Positions 38,441 to 52,786 of a stretch of DNA of 64,000 nt are shown piece by piece. The position numbers were made by a program, and so were the translations under genes. Numbering within the stretch: the stretch's first letter is position 1; each line of letters opens with the position of its first letter. The notes under the pieces were generated by a model that saw only the letters and a program-made list of their open reading frames with translations, was not told the DNA's origin and did no database searches. The DNA comes from Octopus vulgaris (taxonomy: Eukaryota): assembly GCA_951406725.2 (NCBI GenBank), contig OX597814.1:176700001-176764000 (forward strand), given 5' to 3'.

Positions 38441-39939
38441 ATGCATGCGCGCGTGTGTGTGTGTGTGTGTGTCTGTGTGTCTGTGTTAGTCCACCCCATC
38501 CTCACTTGACAACCAAGGTGTGAATTAAAAGAGGAAGTCTCAGGTGTTATTTGTCATTTTTCTTTTTGATCTTTATAACTGGTTGCTTGTAATTTAAGGT
38601 GGCAAACTTCAAAGATTATCAAGCAGTATATTTGATTGTGGGCTCAAACTGCAAAATTACTGAGTGGTACTTTTGATCATGAATTAGAGAATCAAAGAAA
38701 TAGAATTTATATGCCAAGATCAATAAACTCAAGTAACTGACTTGTGATGCTACCTCACTAACAAACAGGTTATAATAACTTTGGCCATGGGAGTGAAGAA
38801 ATTTTTATGCCAACATTTATTGCGTTTCTTGTGGGTGTGAGCCATCTGATAGCATGTCAGGACTCTGGACTAAGAGCTGCATCAGCTTGGCAACATATCA
38901 TGCTGATATTTCATATAACTTTTTATGCAGATTAAATATCTATCTGGTTATTTTTTTGACTTATTCTGCATTTATTTTCATTGGTTATGAGAAAATATAC
39001 AGTGCCCAAACTATTAAATTTTGAAACCTAATATTGGTAATAAAATATAGTTTGAAAGTCTTTTAAAAATATGAGCTTATTGACAGGGTTCCAAATACAA
39101 GTGACCCAGATTTTTTTTAAAATCATGTGTTCAATTTTATATTCAGCATGGTTATTAATTCTTTATCAGAGAGATTTGAACCATAACAAAATTTCAGAAA
39201 CACATCTGGATTTCTAAATAACATCCAAAAAAATTTTCCAGATAAAAATAAACTGAGATTATTATTAGTGTGTCAAGGTTTGGAGGATAAATTCAGATAC
39301 TATGAAGATAGAGATATAATGGATATATTCTCTATGACTAAACTAAATTTTGCATAACAGTTATTTCCAGGATCTGTAACATTTCCAACAGAAACCATTA
39401 CATTCATCAACAGAAATAAGTAACAGGATGTCATTCCAAATGTGTGGGCTGCATTAAGTTAACAATAACAACTGTAGCCTTGAGAAGGAGAGTAAACTAA
39501 AATTCATATATATTTATGGATATCCATGTCACAAAACAGATTAAATTCTTTGGCAATTTTGTCAATAGAAAATGTTTTCATAGAAATGATAGGTATATAA
39601 GTGCTATGAAAACATTTGAAAATCTAAAATTTTTTTTTTAAATGTCTTAATAAAGATAATATATATTTTCATCATTCATTCTTTTGTTCATATTCTTTAA
39701 CTTATTTCTAGAAAATTCATTATCTCTACAGGAAATCAGCTGCACCCTCAACCACTCGTTTTTCATTTACTGTTTGTAACAAAAATGTTTCAGAGATCAT
39801 TGCCAGTTATGTTTATATGGTCTTCTTCCACTCCCTCTTTCTTTCTCCTATTTATATTGCTCTAAGGCTTCAAAATTTATGGTGTGTTTGAACAGTTCAC
39901 CCTTCCCTGTATATTGTAATAAACACTGTTCCTACAGAT

Positions 39940-40129
39940 ACTCTTTTAGTTTTTTCAGTCATTTGACTGTGGCCATGCTGGAGCACTGCCTTTCAGGACT
40001 TATTCTTTGTAAGCCTAATACTTATTCCATCGGTCTCTTTTGCAAAACCGCTAAGTAACAGAGACAAAAACACACCAGCATCGGTTGTCGAACGATGTTG
40101 GGCAGACAAACACAGACACACAAACATAT

Positions 40130-40176
<47 letters not shown>

Positions 40177-40208
40177 CACACACACACATACACATGCACA
40201 TATTTATA

Positions 40209-40249
<41 letters not shown>

Positions 40250-40421
40250 CATATATACGACGGGCTTCTTTCAGATTCCATCTACCAAATCCACTCACAA
40301 GGCTTTGATTGGCCTGAGGCTATAGTAGAAGACACTTGCCCAAGGTGCCATACAGTGGGACTGAACCTGGAACCATGTGATTGGTAAGCAAGCTACTTAC
40401 CACACAGCCACTCCTACGCCT
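39940..40421 (-). mobile_element. Family B SINE
   Basis: Head and tail motifs on minus with expanded internal microsatellite. Confidence 0.85.
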
Positions 40422-40534
40422 ATATATAGTTTTTTTTTCTCTTTGTGAGATATGTCTTTGAAAATTGTACTTGTAAGGGCATCAAAATTCAACTTTTCTA
40501 GGGCATCAGCATCCCTAAGTCTGGCCCTTCCCTT

Positions 40535-40803
40535 TGCCCACGTTTATTTTTGTATAATTCCACTTAATTTATATTTGAAAAGTTTCCTCTTACTTTTTTG
40601 AATTGATCAGATCCTCAAAATTAATCTTAAGCAACACATCTGCATCTATATTTAGTAGAGATAAAGGTATCCTGAATACTATTTTAGCAAGTTTAAAGAG
40701 AATTCTTTTGTGCTGTTACCATTTACCATTCCTGTGGTGCTCCCTCCTTTCCTTGATGCCCTAAGCACAAGTTTATTTTGCTTAATGGTTAATCAAGTGC
40801 TGG
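40535..40803 (-). mobile_element. hAT deletion derivative, partial copy of 52787-53213
   Basis: Shares ~260 bp including the ggttaatc...ctg terminus. Confidence 0.7.
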
Positions 40804-41214
40804 TTACCATTAAAATTTTTGTTGACTTGGTTAGGCAGATAACAACCCCTGGCTTCAGTTCAACGTTATAGCTTCATATTATTTTATCCTTTGCATAAGG
40901 CAGTGTGCCAGGACAATCGTTAACACATTGGACAAAATGCAAAGTGACATTTCATCCAACTACATTTTGAGTTCAAATTTTGCCAAGGTTGGCTTTGCTT
41001 TTCATTCTGTCAGGGGTTGATAAAATAAGTACCAATTGAACACTGGGGTTGATGTAATTGACTAGCATCACCCCCTCCCACCAAATTCCAGGCCATGTGC
41101 CTATTATAGATAGAATTATTATTCTGGTCAAGTACCAAAATTTGAAATAATTATTTTGTCCTTTGCATATCACCTATATTTCAATCCCAGCTACATCTCT
41201 GCCATTTCTACATC

Positions 41215-41676
41215 ACTAAAATACCCATGGCACCAAAGATACATGGTCTCAAGCTTTTGTCTTATGAAGAAAGGCTGAAGACGCTTGACCTTTATTCTCT
41301 TGAAAAACACCGCCGCCATGGTGATCTCATTCTCACTCACAACATCATAAGTGGAAAGTGTAACCTCTCGAAAGAGCTGTTCTTCACTCCTGCTCCGGAG
41401 CGTGGGCTGTGGGGTCACTACGAAAAGCTCTATCTATGACGATTTCATCTCAATCGAAGGAGAGGGGCTTTCTCCGGCCGGGTTGTGAATCCGTGGAATA
41501 AGCTGCCAGACGAGATAATGAAAATGCCGACGACCGCTCGGTTCAAAGTTTCTCTTGACCAGAAATGGCCTGAACTCTTTGTATGACCACCCTCCCTGTA
41601 CATAACTCCCTGCCCCCCTATTTGGCCTTGCTTTTGCTTTTTGAGCCAATAAAAATTGAATTGAATTGAATTGAAT
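41215..41676 (+). mobile_element. CR1-clade LINE 3' end
   Basis: LSYEERLKTLDLYSLEKHRRHGDLI...FSGRVVNPWNKLP; tail aataaa(aattg)n. Confidence 0.85.
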
Positions 41677-42623
41677 GACTTTTGTCTTACAGCTGTGGGA
41701 ATGATCTTCAAAGGATGCTGAATCTCAGTTCATCATCCTACTTATCATTTTCTTCATCATAACTTTGAGGAGATGCATTAGTTGTTTTCAAAGGTTGTCA
41801 TTCTGTACACATTCTTGCTTTCTGTTGCTGTTCACCTCTGTGTGTGCGGGCGCACGCACGCGTGTGTGTGTGTACGTGTGTGTGTGTGTGTGACTTTCAC
41901 TTTTTGCATTTCCCTTGACACACTGTTTGGATACTTTCCTCTGCTACCATTATCTCTTCCACATCATATGAGAATGGAATAGTGTTACAGGTTCCTACCA
42001 TTAAGAGATGAGGCATTTGCTTGTTTGTTTCCACCAACTTGACTAGCAGTGATTTCCTCTACTATTCCCAGAGCTATGACTGATGACTGATGACTGATGG
42101 TGCTCTGGAAACTGAGCCTTTCTGCTCTTGTTGCTGCCTTGGCTGTTTGCTCTTTCTTTCTTTTCTTATTTTCTTCTCTGGTATTTCCAATTTTTATTCT
42201 CAAATACTATGGAACCACCTTATGGGTAGGTATATTGTGTATGATTTGGACTGGTTCATTCACCTTTTATCATGCCATGTGATATTATGTTCCCTCCCTC
42301 TCTCAATAAAGGAGATATCATTTAAAATATCACCCAGAGCTGTTTCCAAATCTTCTGTGACTGCATGAAACAAGTAAAGCCACAATGGTCTTGAAAACAT
42401 ATGTAACTTAACTTCTTCCTCTTGCACATCTCTGTGATGGATTGTGGTGGGCTAGTTAGTACCTGTCTTCCAGACAATATGCTTCCAGACAATATGTTAC
42501 CCTCTCAAATTCACTCACTTATTGCAGTTTTTCTAACCCATGTAAAAGAACTTGGATGTTTGGGCCTCCAACTAGGCCCTTTGTAATACTCTTAAGGCCA
42601 GAAACTTTTCAGCACACTTTATT

Positions 42624-43045
42624 CATCATCATCATCATCATCATCATTTAACGTCTGCTTTCCATGCTAGCATGGTTTGGACGATTTGACTGAGGTCTGG
42701 CGAACCGGGCTCCAATCTGATCTGGCAGAGTTTCTACAGCTGGATGCCCTTCCTAACACCAACCACTCCGAGAGTGTAGTGGCTGCTTTTACGTGCCACC
42801 GGCACGAGGGCCAGTTTGGTGGTACTGGCAACGACCACGTCCAAATGGTGCTTTTTACGTGCCACCTGCAAAGGAGCCAGTCCAGCGGCACTGGCGACGT
42901 CCTCGCTCGAATGCTTCATGTGCCATCAGCACAAGTGCTAGTAAGGCAACGCAGTAACGATCACGCTCGAATGGTGTGCTTAACGTGCCACCGGCACGAA
43001 GGCCAGTTTGTTGCTCAGGCAACGATCTCACTCGTATGGTACGAG
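42624..43045 (-). mobile_element. RTE 3'UTR/tail fragment (family E) with internal ~60-bp repeats
   Basis: (CAT)n then repeated tttacgtgccacc units. Confidence 0.85.
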
Positions 43046-43240
43046 TGAGATCATATAATATAGAACACCATATTTCAGACAAAGAAAACTCACTAGGACC
43101 CTCTTTAAGCTTTAAGGCTAAATAGTTATACATTTTGGAAAGAACAAGATCGTTCCTCATATTTTTTCTTATTTTTTCATCCTCTTTAAAACCTTGCAAC
43201 AAGACAGTTGGTTGGTTATGATAAACAACAATAACCTATC

Positions 43241-43307
<67 letters not shown>

Positions 43308-43455
43308 TCACATGGTTCAAAAGTTGAACATAATTGGTTTGTCATGTAGAAAAGGAAAGGTTTAATTTTGAGGTGTTTTTTACTGGTGAGTTGTGTTCTA
43401 GATTTCCCTTGTCCCTACTATTTATAAGACATACATAAATACACACACACACACA

Positions 43456-43511
<56 letters not shown>

Positions 43512-43517
43512 AGAGAG

Positions 43518-44070
43518 AGCAATAAGAGAATGAAGGGGATCAATAGGTGGTTCATCAACTTTTAGACATTATATTATGTCAATTTCATCATCATCATCGT
43601 TTAGCGTCCGTTTTCCATGCTAGCATGGGTTGGACGTTCTACTGGGGTCTGTGAAGCCAGAAGGCTTCATCAGGCCCAGTCATTAGTGTTTCTATGGCTG
43701 GATGCCCTTCCTAACGCCAACCACTCCATGAGTGTAGTGGGTGCTTTTTACGTTTTTATTTATTTACTAAAATGACAATTACAAGAATATACATACATGT
43801 ATAACATATTTGCTTTACATATAATATATATATGTATATAAAGATACCAGTAATTAAAATTGAATACAGGAATATAAATTGTTTCTGTATGTTATATTTT
43901 AATAATTACTGGTATCTTTATATATTAATATATTATATATGTAAAGCATGATATGTTATACATGTATGTATATTGTTATGATTGTCCTTTTAGTAAATAA
44001 ATAAATTGGCACAATATAATGTCTAAAAGTTGATGAACCACCTATTGATTCCCTCCATTTTCTTATTGCT
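43518..44070. mobile_element. Foldback/palindromic element (~385 bp) with a family E insertion at 43586-43753
   Basis: Arms agcaataagagaatgaaggggatcaataggtggttcatcaac... and ...gttgatgaaccacctattgattccctccattttcttattgct stay complementary to a centre near 43875. Confidence 0.8.
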
Positions 44071-44251
44071 ATATAAATTAATGGTAAAATATCTCTTTAG
44101 CCTCACCCATTTAGTACACTCGGTAATGTAATTGCAATGCAATGAAAAACACTTATGTATTAATAATTAGGTTTTCTACCAGCAGTATATTGGATGGATA
44201 TTATTCTTTAGTTGGTTGGATTCACAACCTCTAACTTTTTTGGTATATGTA

Positions 44252-44774
<523 letters not shown>

Positions 44775-44897
44775 GGATTTTTCTAAGGTTTACCAAGTGA
44801 TCCTGTACAAAGATAATTTTAGGAAAATAACAACAGAAGAGAGATATGTGTAAAAAGCATCCTACAAAACTAACTTCTCTCTTTCTCTCTGTCTCTG

Positions 44898-44928
<31 letters not shown>

Positions 44929-45242
44929 GTCCCTGTCTCTGTTTCTTTCATATTTCCCCCATGCTAGATCTCTCTCTCTCTCTCTTACTCTTTCTCTGTT
45001 GTGTTTTATTTGCTTTTTTTTTTTTTACCCCTTGCAACGTTATAATTTCAGTAAAAGAAATCATCTGGCTGCATTTTTCATTCTATAATAGTTTCTTTGT
45101 TGTCATATTGTTTACATCAATGCTCTTTACATCTATAATGGAAAAACAACTTCCACTACTACAACAAAAATTACAACAACAACAGCAAGATTTAATAACA
45201 TCTTATTATGATATAAGAATGGAATTTGGTCCAGGAAAACTT

Positions 45243-45277
<35 letters not shown>

Positions 45278-45784
45278 TGGACCGTGGGAAAATTGTGATT
45301 CAGGCAACTACCATCAAGATTAGTGTCGTTTTCTTTCTCTCTTTTCCAAACAATATATTATGTTACATTTCTTGTTAGCCTTTTAATGCTCCAAACATCA
45401 GATATGTTAACAGTAACTTAGATATTAAACCTCCAGGCTTTAAATTTGTTAACTCCGATTTGACTGTTAATTCTCATGAGTTGGTTGATATCTAAAAATT
45501 TTTTTCCTTCTGTTTCTTATCAACTCTTTTTCTCTATGCAAACATATGTACACTTTTGCGCTTACTGATACTTTCATTACTATGTCAGCAGGTTTGTTAA
45601 AGGCTATGCTTCAATGATGAGATCAGAATAAGGCTTAAGAATGTCCAGAGTTGTTTACCATACTTGCAAGGAAAATGTAAGTATTAGTAATTTATTAATA
45701 CCATTTCTTCTTTTTGTTGCATAACTATTTGAGCTTATCTTTCTAATTATTCATACATTATTTCTCCCTACATTAGCTTAGGTA

Positions 45785-46218
45785 TTCTTTTCTACACTGG
45801 GCACAAGGCCCAGAATTTTTGGGGAGGGGGCCAGTCGATTAGATCAACCCCAGTATGCAACTGGTACTTAATTTATCGACCCTGAAAGGATGAAAAGCAA
45901 AGTCAACCTCAGCTGAATTTGAACTCAGAACATAGAAACAGACGAAATACCTATTTCTTTACTACCTACAAGGGCTTCTCTCAGTTTCTTATTTCTTTAT
46001 TGCACAAGGGGCTAAACATAGAGGAGAAACAAGGACAGACAGACAGATTAAGTTGATTATATCGACCCCAGTGCGTAACTGGTACTTATTTAATCGACCC
46101 TGAAAGGATGAAAGGCAAAGTCGACCTCGGCGGAATTTGAACTTAGAACATAGAGACAGATGAAATACTGCTAAGCATTTCATCTGGCATGGTAACATTT
46201 CTGCCAGCTCGCTGCCTT
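45785..46218 (-). mobile_element. Family A SINE dimer (A1 unit joined to A2 unit)
   Basis: Junction gacgaaatac|ctatttcttt at 45950/45951. Confidence 0.8.
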
Positions 46219-46347
46219 ACATTAGCTTAGATATTGTTGCAACAAAATTTATAGTTATGAACATACATCTTATAATATCATGATATCATATTTATATATA
46301 TTTTATCATAACTATTGATACTATGATATGTGTGTGTTTAGTATTAT

Positions 46348-46495
46348 AATATAGATGTTTTCGATCTATTTTGGATTCTTTGCCATCAAATTTGAATTCT
46401 TTGTGATCAAATTTGAATTCTTTGCAAAGAAATTTGATTGCAAAGAATTCAAATTTGATGGCAAAGAATCCAAACTAGATTGAAAACATCTATAT
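46348..46495. repeat. ~150-bp near-perfect palindrome with internal 20-bp repeats
   Basis: tagatgttttcgatctattttggattctttgccatcaaatttgaattctttg ... caaagaattcaaatttgatggcaaagaatccaaactagattgaaaacatcta. Confidence 0.85.
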
Positions 46496-49400
46496 AATAA
46501 TATATTGTACTGAATGAAATATATTATATGGCAGTCTCAGTAAAATGAGATAGGACACTTTATTTGTATCACAGGTGAATTTCTCACAAAGTATTTGCAG
46601 TATAAGAACAGACATATATGAAAGGTTAAAAAGTTTATAAACAATTGTGAAACCCTGCTCTTGATCCTTCTGCATAACATTTTGGGCTGGTGTCTTTTTG
46701 CCGTAGTCTCTGGGGAGCCAAGTTTTTCATAGACAAAAGATTGGGTAAAGGGAAATTGTGTAGAAGCCTGTCAGATGGATTTTACCTGCCTGCTTTGTCA
46801 CACATTATGTCATTGTGATTCTTCTTCAGACTTACATTCAAAGTACAAGGGTTTGAGCCATTCACACATAAATGTAATGAGTTGGCAATTTAGTTAAACC
46901 TACAACTAGAATAGGACTCCCTTCGGTCACAAATGATCCAAGAAATTTACCCTCCAAGGCTAAAGTCTGTGTAAGGTTGTTTGTGAAAGACCAGCAGTCG
47001 CTCATGCATACCAGTCTACCTTCTCCATGCTTCCGATGTAATCCAAGGGAAAACTTGGCACCAGTGATACAGCTCGGCACCAGTGACATCGCAACTCATT
47101 TCTACAACTGAGTGAACTGGAGCAATGTGAAATAAAGTGTCTTGCTCAAGAACACAACACACAGCCTGGTCCGGGAATTGAACTCACTACCTCATGATTG
47201 TAAGCCTGGTGCTCTAACCACTGAATCATGCATCATCAAAACTGATTGAAGATCCTTTTACTATTTACTAATATTTGCGAGACCAATATTTGGAATTATT
47301 AACAAGTTCTACTGAATTATTAACAAGTTCTGGCAGGTCAAGCCTTCTGTGTGGTTTTGATCTCTACTTCAACTCTTTTGATATCAACCTGTCAGAAACT
47401 GCTATTGGTTCTACAACACAAATAATCTGTTTTAAAGTGATCTAAATTAAACTCTTTCATCAAAATTTCATCATCATCATCATCATTTAACATCTGTTTT
47501 CCATGCTACCATGGATTGGACGGTTTGACCGGGGTCTGGGAAGCCAGGAAGCTGCACCAGGCTCCAGTCTGATCTGGCAGTGTTTCTACAGCTGGATGCC
47601 CTTCATAATGCCAACCACTCCAGGAGTGTAGTGAGTGCTTTTTACGTACCACTGGCACAGGGGCCAGGGGAGGCTGGCAACGGCCACAATCAGTTGGTGC
47701 TTTTTACGTGCCACTGGCAGTCAAGGCGGCACTGGCATCGGCCACGTACGGATGGTGCATTTTACGTGCCACGGGCACAGGTATCACAACTACAATTTCC
47801 ATTTGATTTTTTGATGTTGGTGGTGATGTACTTGACTCAATAGGTCTCCTCAAGCACAGCAGTATTCATATTAATTTATATTCGAAACATCAGTTTCATA
47901 ATCCTTTCTACTATAGGCACAAGGTCTGAAATTTGGAGGTTGGGGACAAGTTGATTACATCGACCCCAGTGCTTAACTGGTACTTAATTTATTGACCCTA
48001 AAAGAATGAAAGGCAAAGTCAACCTCTGTGGAATTTGAACTCAGAACATAATGATGGACGAAATGCCGCTAAGCATTTTTTCTGGTGTGCTAACAATTCT
48101 GCCAGCTTGCTGCCTTAAACATCAGCTTAATAGGGACACAAGTTATTTTACTAAATTCTACATTATTTTACAAATCATTTGAAACAAAGGCAATGTATTT
48201 CAACAAAAATATGGTAATGAAAGGGTTAAAACTCCTAATGCCTTCAGAGTTTAAAAAAAAAATCTGGAAAATTAAACTCTGAAGGAAATCTGTTTTATCA
48301 TGAAGGAAATATAATCACAATCCTAAGAATGTGTAGCAATTTTCTGTATAAACAACAATGCTGACGAATTTTAATTATGAAAGGAGGAAGGAATGTCAAA
48401 TGTAGTAAGAAAACATCTGGAAATAAGCAAGATTTAAGGAGAGCAGCAAATGTTTCTCAGTTAAGCAAGTGTTTACCTTTTCATGGATGCACCAGGTGAG
48501 TTATACATAATTCATTTAGTCAATTAGTATGCACATAAAATTAATGAAAATTGTATACTTAATTCAAGAGCGGAAATGCTGATGCTTCTTTAAGGAAATG
48601 TTAACATGCTTGCAGTTTTGATATTTTATTATATTTACAAGGTCGCTTTTCATCACTATGCTGCCAGTAAAAATTTTTTGTCATTGACAGACTTGCACTT
48701 AAAATTCTCATGTTTTTAACCCTTTAGTGTTCAGATTCTTCTCTTCTCTAGACACAAGGCCCGAAATGTTGGGTAAGGTGACAGTCGATTAGATTGACCC
48801 CAGTATGCAACTGGTACTTAATTTATCGACACCGAAATGGTGAAAGGCAAAGTCGACCTCGGCGGAATTTGAACTCAGAACGTAAAGACAGACAAAATAT
48901 CGCTAAGCATTTCACGCGGCATGCTGACGTTTCTTCCTGCTTGCCGCCTTTAATGTTCAGATTACTCTGTTAAATGTAATAATTTTTCACTCAAATTGTT
49001 TTTAATTAATCAAGCATTATCTTACAGCTTTGAAGTTTCAATGATTGTTTATTTGAATATAAGACATGTAGAATATTTAGGCCGGATATGGCCGGTTTAA
49101 ACACCAAAGGGTTAATAAAAATTTGTTAGTTGCTTGGTGACAACACTACCTATCTATCTTTCACATACACACACACTCCCTCTCACTGTATTTCTTTTTC
49201 AACAACAGCTTTTTCTTCTCTCCTCCTTCCCTCTTTCTACATATATGTTATGACAGACAAACAAACAGAGATCAGCTTGACTTTTATATAACATAAGATT
49301 GGCTGGTCAAGAGGAAGGTGCTAAGCACATGGCCTTTGTAGACTCTTCCAGTGCAGTGAAATGCAAATGAATGATTTTTGTAATTTTGAAGTACTTCAAT

Positions 49401-49819
49401 TACAAACTATGAAAAATCATATTTTTTAACTGTATTACAGCAGTGATTCATAACTTGATTGGTAGGACATTGTTAGGGAATTGTGAATCTCAAGAGAGTG
49501 GATGGCAAATGTCTATTGATAATACTTTCATCTGCTCTCATTAACAGGTATAGATTACTGTTCACACATACACACACACATATATATTTGTATATAGGCA
49601 CAAGTGTGACTCTGTGGTAAAAAGTTTGCTTCCCAAATGCATAGTTTGGGGTTTAGTCTTTCTGTGTGGCACCTTGGGCATGTATCTCCTGCAATAGACT
49701 CAGGACTATAATAGAAGTCAAGGTGCACTGCAGTGGGACTGAACCCAGAACCATGTGATTGGAAAAAAAACTTCTTACCATGCAGTCATGTCTTCGCCTG
49801 TAATGCTCTTTACTCTCTC

Positions 49820-50210
49820 TTTTACTTGTTTCAGTCATGTGCCTGTGGCCATGCTGGAGCACTGCCTTTAGTCGAGCAAATCAACCCAGGACTTATTCTT
49901 TGTAAGCCTAGTACTTATTCTATTGGTCTCTTTTGCTGAACCACTAAGTTACTGGGATGTAAACACACCAGCATCGGTTGTCAAGCAATGTTGGGGAGAC
50001 AAACACAGACACACAAACACACACACATATATATATACATATACATATATACGACAGGCTTCTTTCAGTTTCCGTCTACCAAATCCACTCACAAGGCTTT
50101 GGTCGACCCGAGGCTATAGTAGAAGACACTTGCCCAAAGTGCCATGATGCAGTGGGACTGAACCCGGAACCATGTGGTTGGTAAGCAAGCTACTTATCAC
50201 ACAGCCACTC
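49820..50210 (-). mobile_element. Family B SINE
   Basis: Head and tail motifs on minus. Confidence 0.85.
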
Positions 50211-50944
50211 AGGGGAAATGTCATAACTTATATTTAAAATTTCAGTATGTATTTTTTACATTTTAAAAATATAGTTCCATTATTTTTTGTTGTACACCAA
50301 GTAACATCTCACGGCACATGAGAATGTTGCAGCATATTGTTTGAAAACCTCTGTATGGGGGTTTAAGGGAAATTTGCTTGCTACTTTTAGCAATTCAAAT
50401 GACCACATATATGTTCCCTTATTAGCAGATTGAGTGTCCTGTTGCTTATGTTGGCAACAAAGACTCTCTTTCTCTCGCTGTCTCCGTCTCTCATCACTCC
50501 CACATTCTCTCTCTTTCTTCTGTCTGTGAAGAAGATAAACTGCATGTTTAAGAAATGCGGATACTGAATAAGTAATGAGACATGGACACTGAAGATGGAA
50601 GAATTATGGAGAATGGAGAGAAATAAGATCTGTATATATATATATACATATATATATATATGATCTGTTGAGTGTGTAACATCAATATGTATATGAGAAA
50701 CAGAGAGCAAACAAGCTAAGACTGCAGTAGAGTATTAAAGGTATCATCCAAAGATAACAGAACAATAAACTGTACTGGCTTGGTCATGTTTTATAATTAG
50801 ACAAAGAGTAGGACATGAGAAGAAGTGGCTGATGTCCAGTCTTCATATCCTCAGCTTTAAAAGTGAGGGTACAAAAGATCAAGATGTACAACAGAATCAA
50901 CCATTCTCTCATGTCTGGAGACACAGATGTTAGAACATTTGTTA

Positions 50945-51125
50945 ATGATGATGATAATGATGGTGATACTGATGCTGATGATGATGATGGTGATGATGAT
51001 GATGAAGGTGATATGACGATGGTGATGATGATGATGGTGGTGATGATGATGGTAATGATGATAATGATGATAGTAATGATGATGATGATGATGATGGTAA
51101 TGATGATGATGGTGGTGGTGATAAT
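50945..51125. repeat. Degenerate (GAT/GGT)n tract
   Basis: Directly visible. Confidence 0.9.
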
Positions 51126-51344
51126 TTTTACCTTTACAATTTTATCTCTTCAAGATAATTTGTTAGACCCTTTAGGCTGACATGATAAGAAAATCTATTA
51201 GTACACAAGAACCAGCCATCATTCTTGAGCAAGAATGGTTTGGAAACAAGTACCACGTTTTTGCTGATTGTTTTAGATGTCTATGTAGATATGGGAAGAT
51301 GTAGACATCCTCTTAGCTCACTCATTAATGTTCTTTTAACTCAA

Positions 51345-51902
51345 GGCACAAGGCCTGAAATTTTTTGGGAAGGGGCCATTCGATTAAATCAACCCCAGTA
51401 TGCAACTGGTACTTAATTTATCGGCCCCGAAAGGATGAAAGGCAAAGTCGACCTTGACATAATTTGAACTCAGAGCGTGAAGACAGATGAAATACCTATT
51501 TCTTTACTACCCACAAGGGGCTAAACACAGAGGGGACAAACAAGGACAGACAAATGGATTAAGTCGATTATATCGACCCCAGTGCATAACTGGTACTTTA
51601 TTTATCGACCCTGAAAGGATGAAAGGTAAAGTCGACTTCAGCGGAATTTGAACTCAGAACGTAGCGGCAGACGAAATACCTATTTCTTTACTACCCACAA
51701 GGGGCTAAACACAGAGAGGACAGACAAACGGATTAAGTCGATTATATTGATCCCAGTGCGTAACTGGTACTTATTTAATTGACCCCAAAAGGGTGAAAGG
51801 CAAAGTCGACCTCGGCAGAATTTGAACTCAGAACATAGCGGCAGACAAAACACCGCTAAGCATTTCGCCCACCGTGCTAACGTTTCTGCAACTTGCCGCC
51901 TT
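51345..51902 (-). mobile_element. Family A SINE trimer (one head; A1, A1, A2 tails)
   Basis: Identical junctions at 51495/51496 and 51679/51680; 184-bp middle unit. Confidence 0.85.
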
Positions 51903-52786
51903 GGCTCCCTCGTTAATGTAAAAACATTAATGATGATGTTGATGATGATGATGAAGTAGCAAAACCTGAGAAAAACTTACAATTTGCTTTTTGCTCAATT
52001 CACATATTTGAAGAAGTAGAGAGTGTTACATATTCTTGCTTTTCCCTGTCAACCAATGTCAGACATCAAGCTTGCATAGGAAAAGATTATTCAAATGAGC
52101 AAAGAAGATTAAACACTGAAGCTTTATGATAGTTAAAAAGGTTTTTGGTATTTTAATTCATTAATTCATTCCTCTGTTTTCATTTCATTCTGTACCAAAG
52201 ATGTCATTGCCATTCTACCCGAGATCTTTAAAATAGGTATCAATATTAATATTGAGACAAGGTGCCAAGCAGGCAGAATTGTTAGCATGCCAGACAAAAT
52301 ACATTGTGGCATTTTGTACTTCTTTACATTCTGAGTTCAAATTCCACCAAGTTCAACTTTGCCTTTCATCCTTCCAGGGTTGGTAAAATAAGTAGCAGCT
52401 GAGTACTGGGGTTGATTTAATGGACTTAGTCCCTTCCCCTAAATTGCTGGCCTTGTGCCAAAATTTGAATCCTCCTCCTCCTCATCATCATCATCACCAT
52501 CACCATCATCATCACCATCATCATTATCATTATTATTATTATTATTATTTATGTAACACAGCAGGGTTTCTGGGATGAAGGCAGTGAGTTGGCAGAATTG
52601 TTACCACACTAGAAAAATTACTTAGCAGCATTTCTTCTGACTTACACTCTGAGTTCAAATACCGCCAGGGCTGACTTTGCCTTTCATTCTTCGAGGGTCG
52701 ATAAAATAAGTGCCAATTGAGCACCGGGATTGATGTACTCGACTTGCTTCCTTCCCCAAAATTTCATGCCTTGTGCTGCCTATAGT

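Noticed and set aside
48361-48400. CTGACGA...GAAA hammerhead-like core
   Set aside because: No credible stem II, and stems I and III cannot form.
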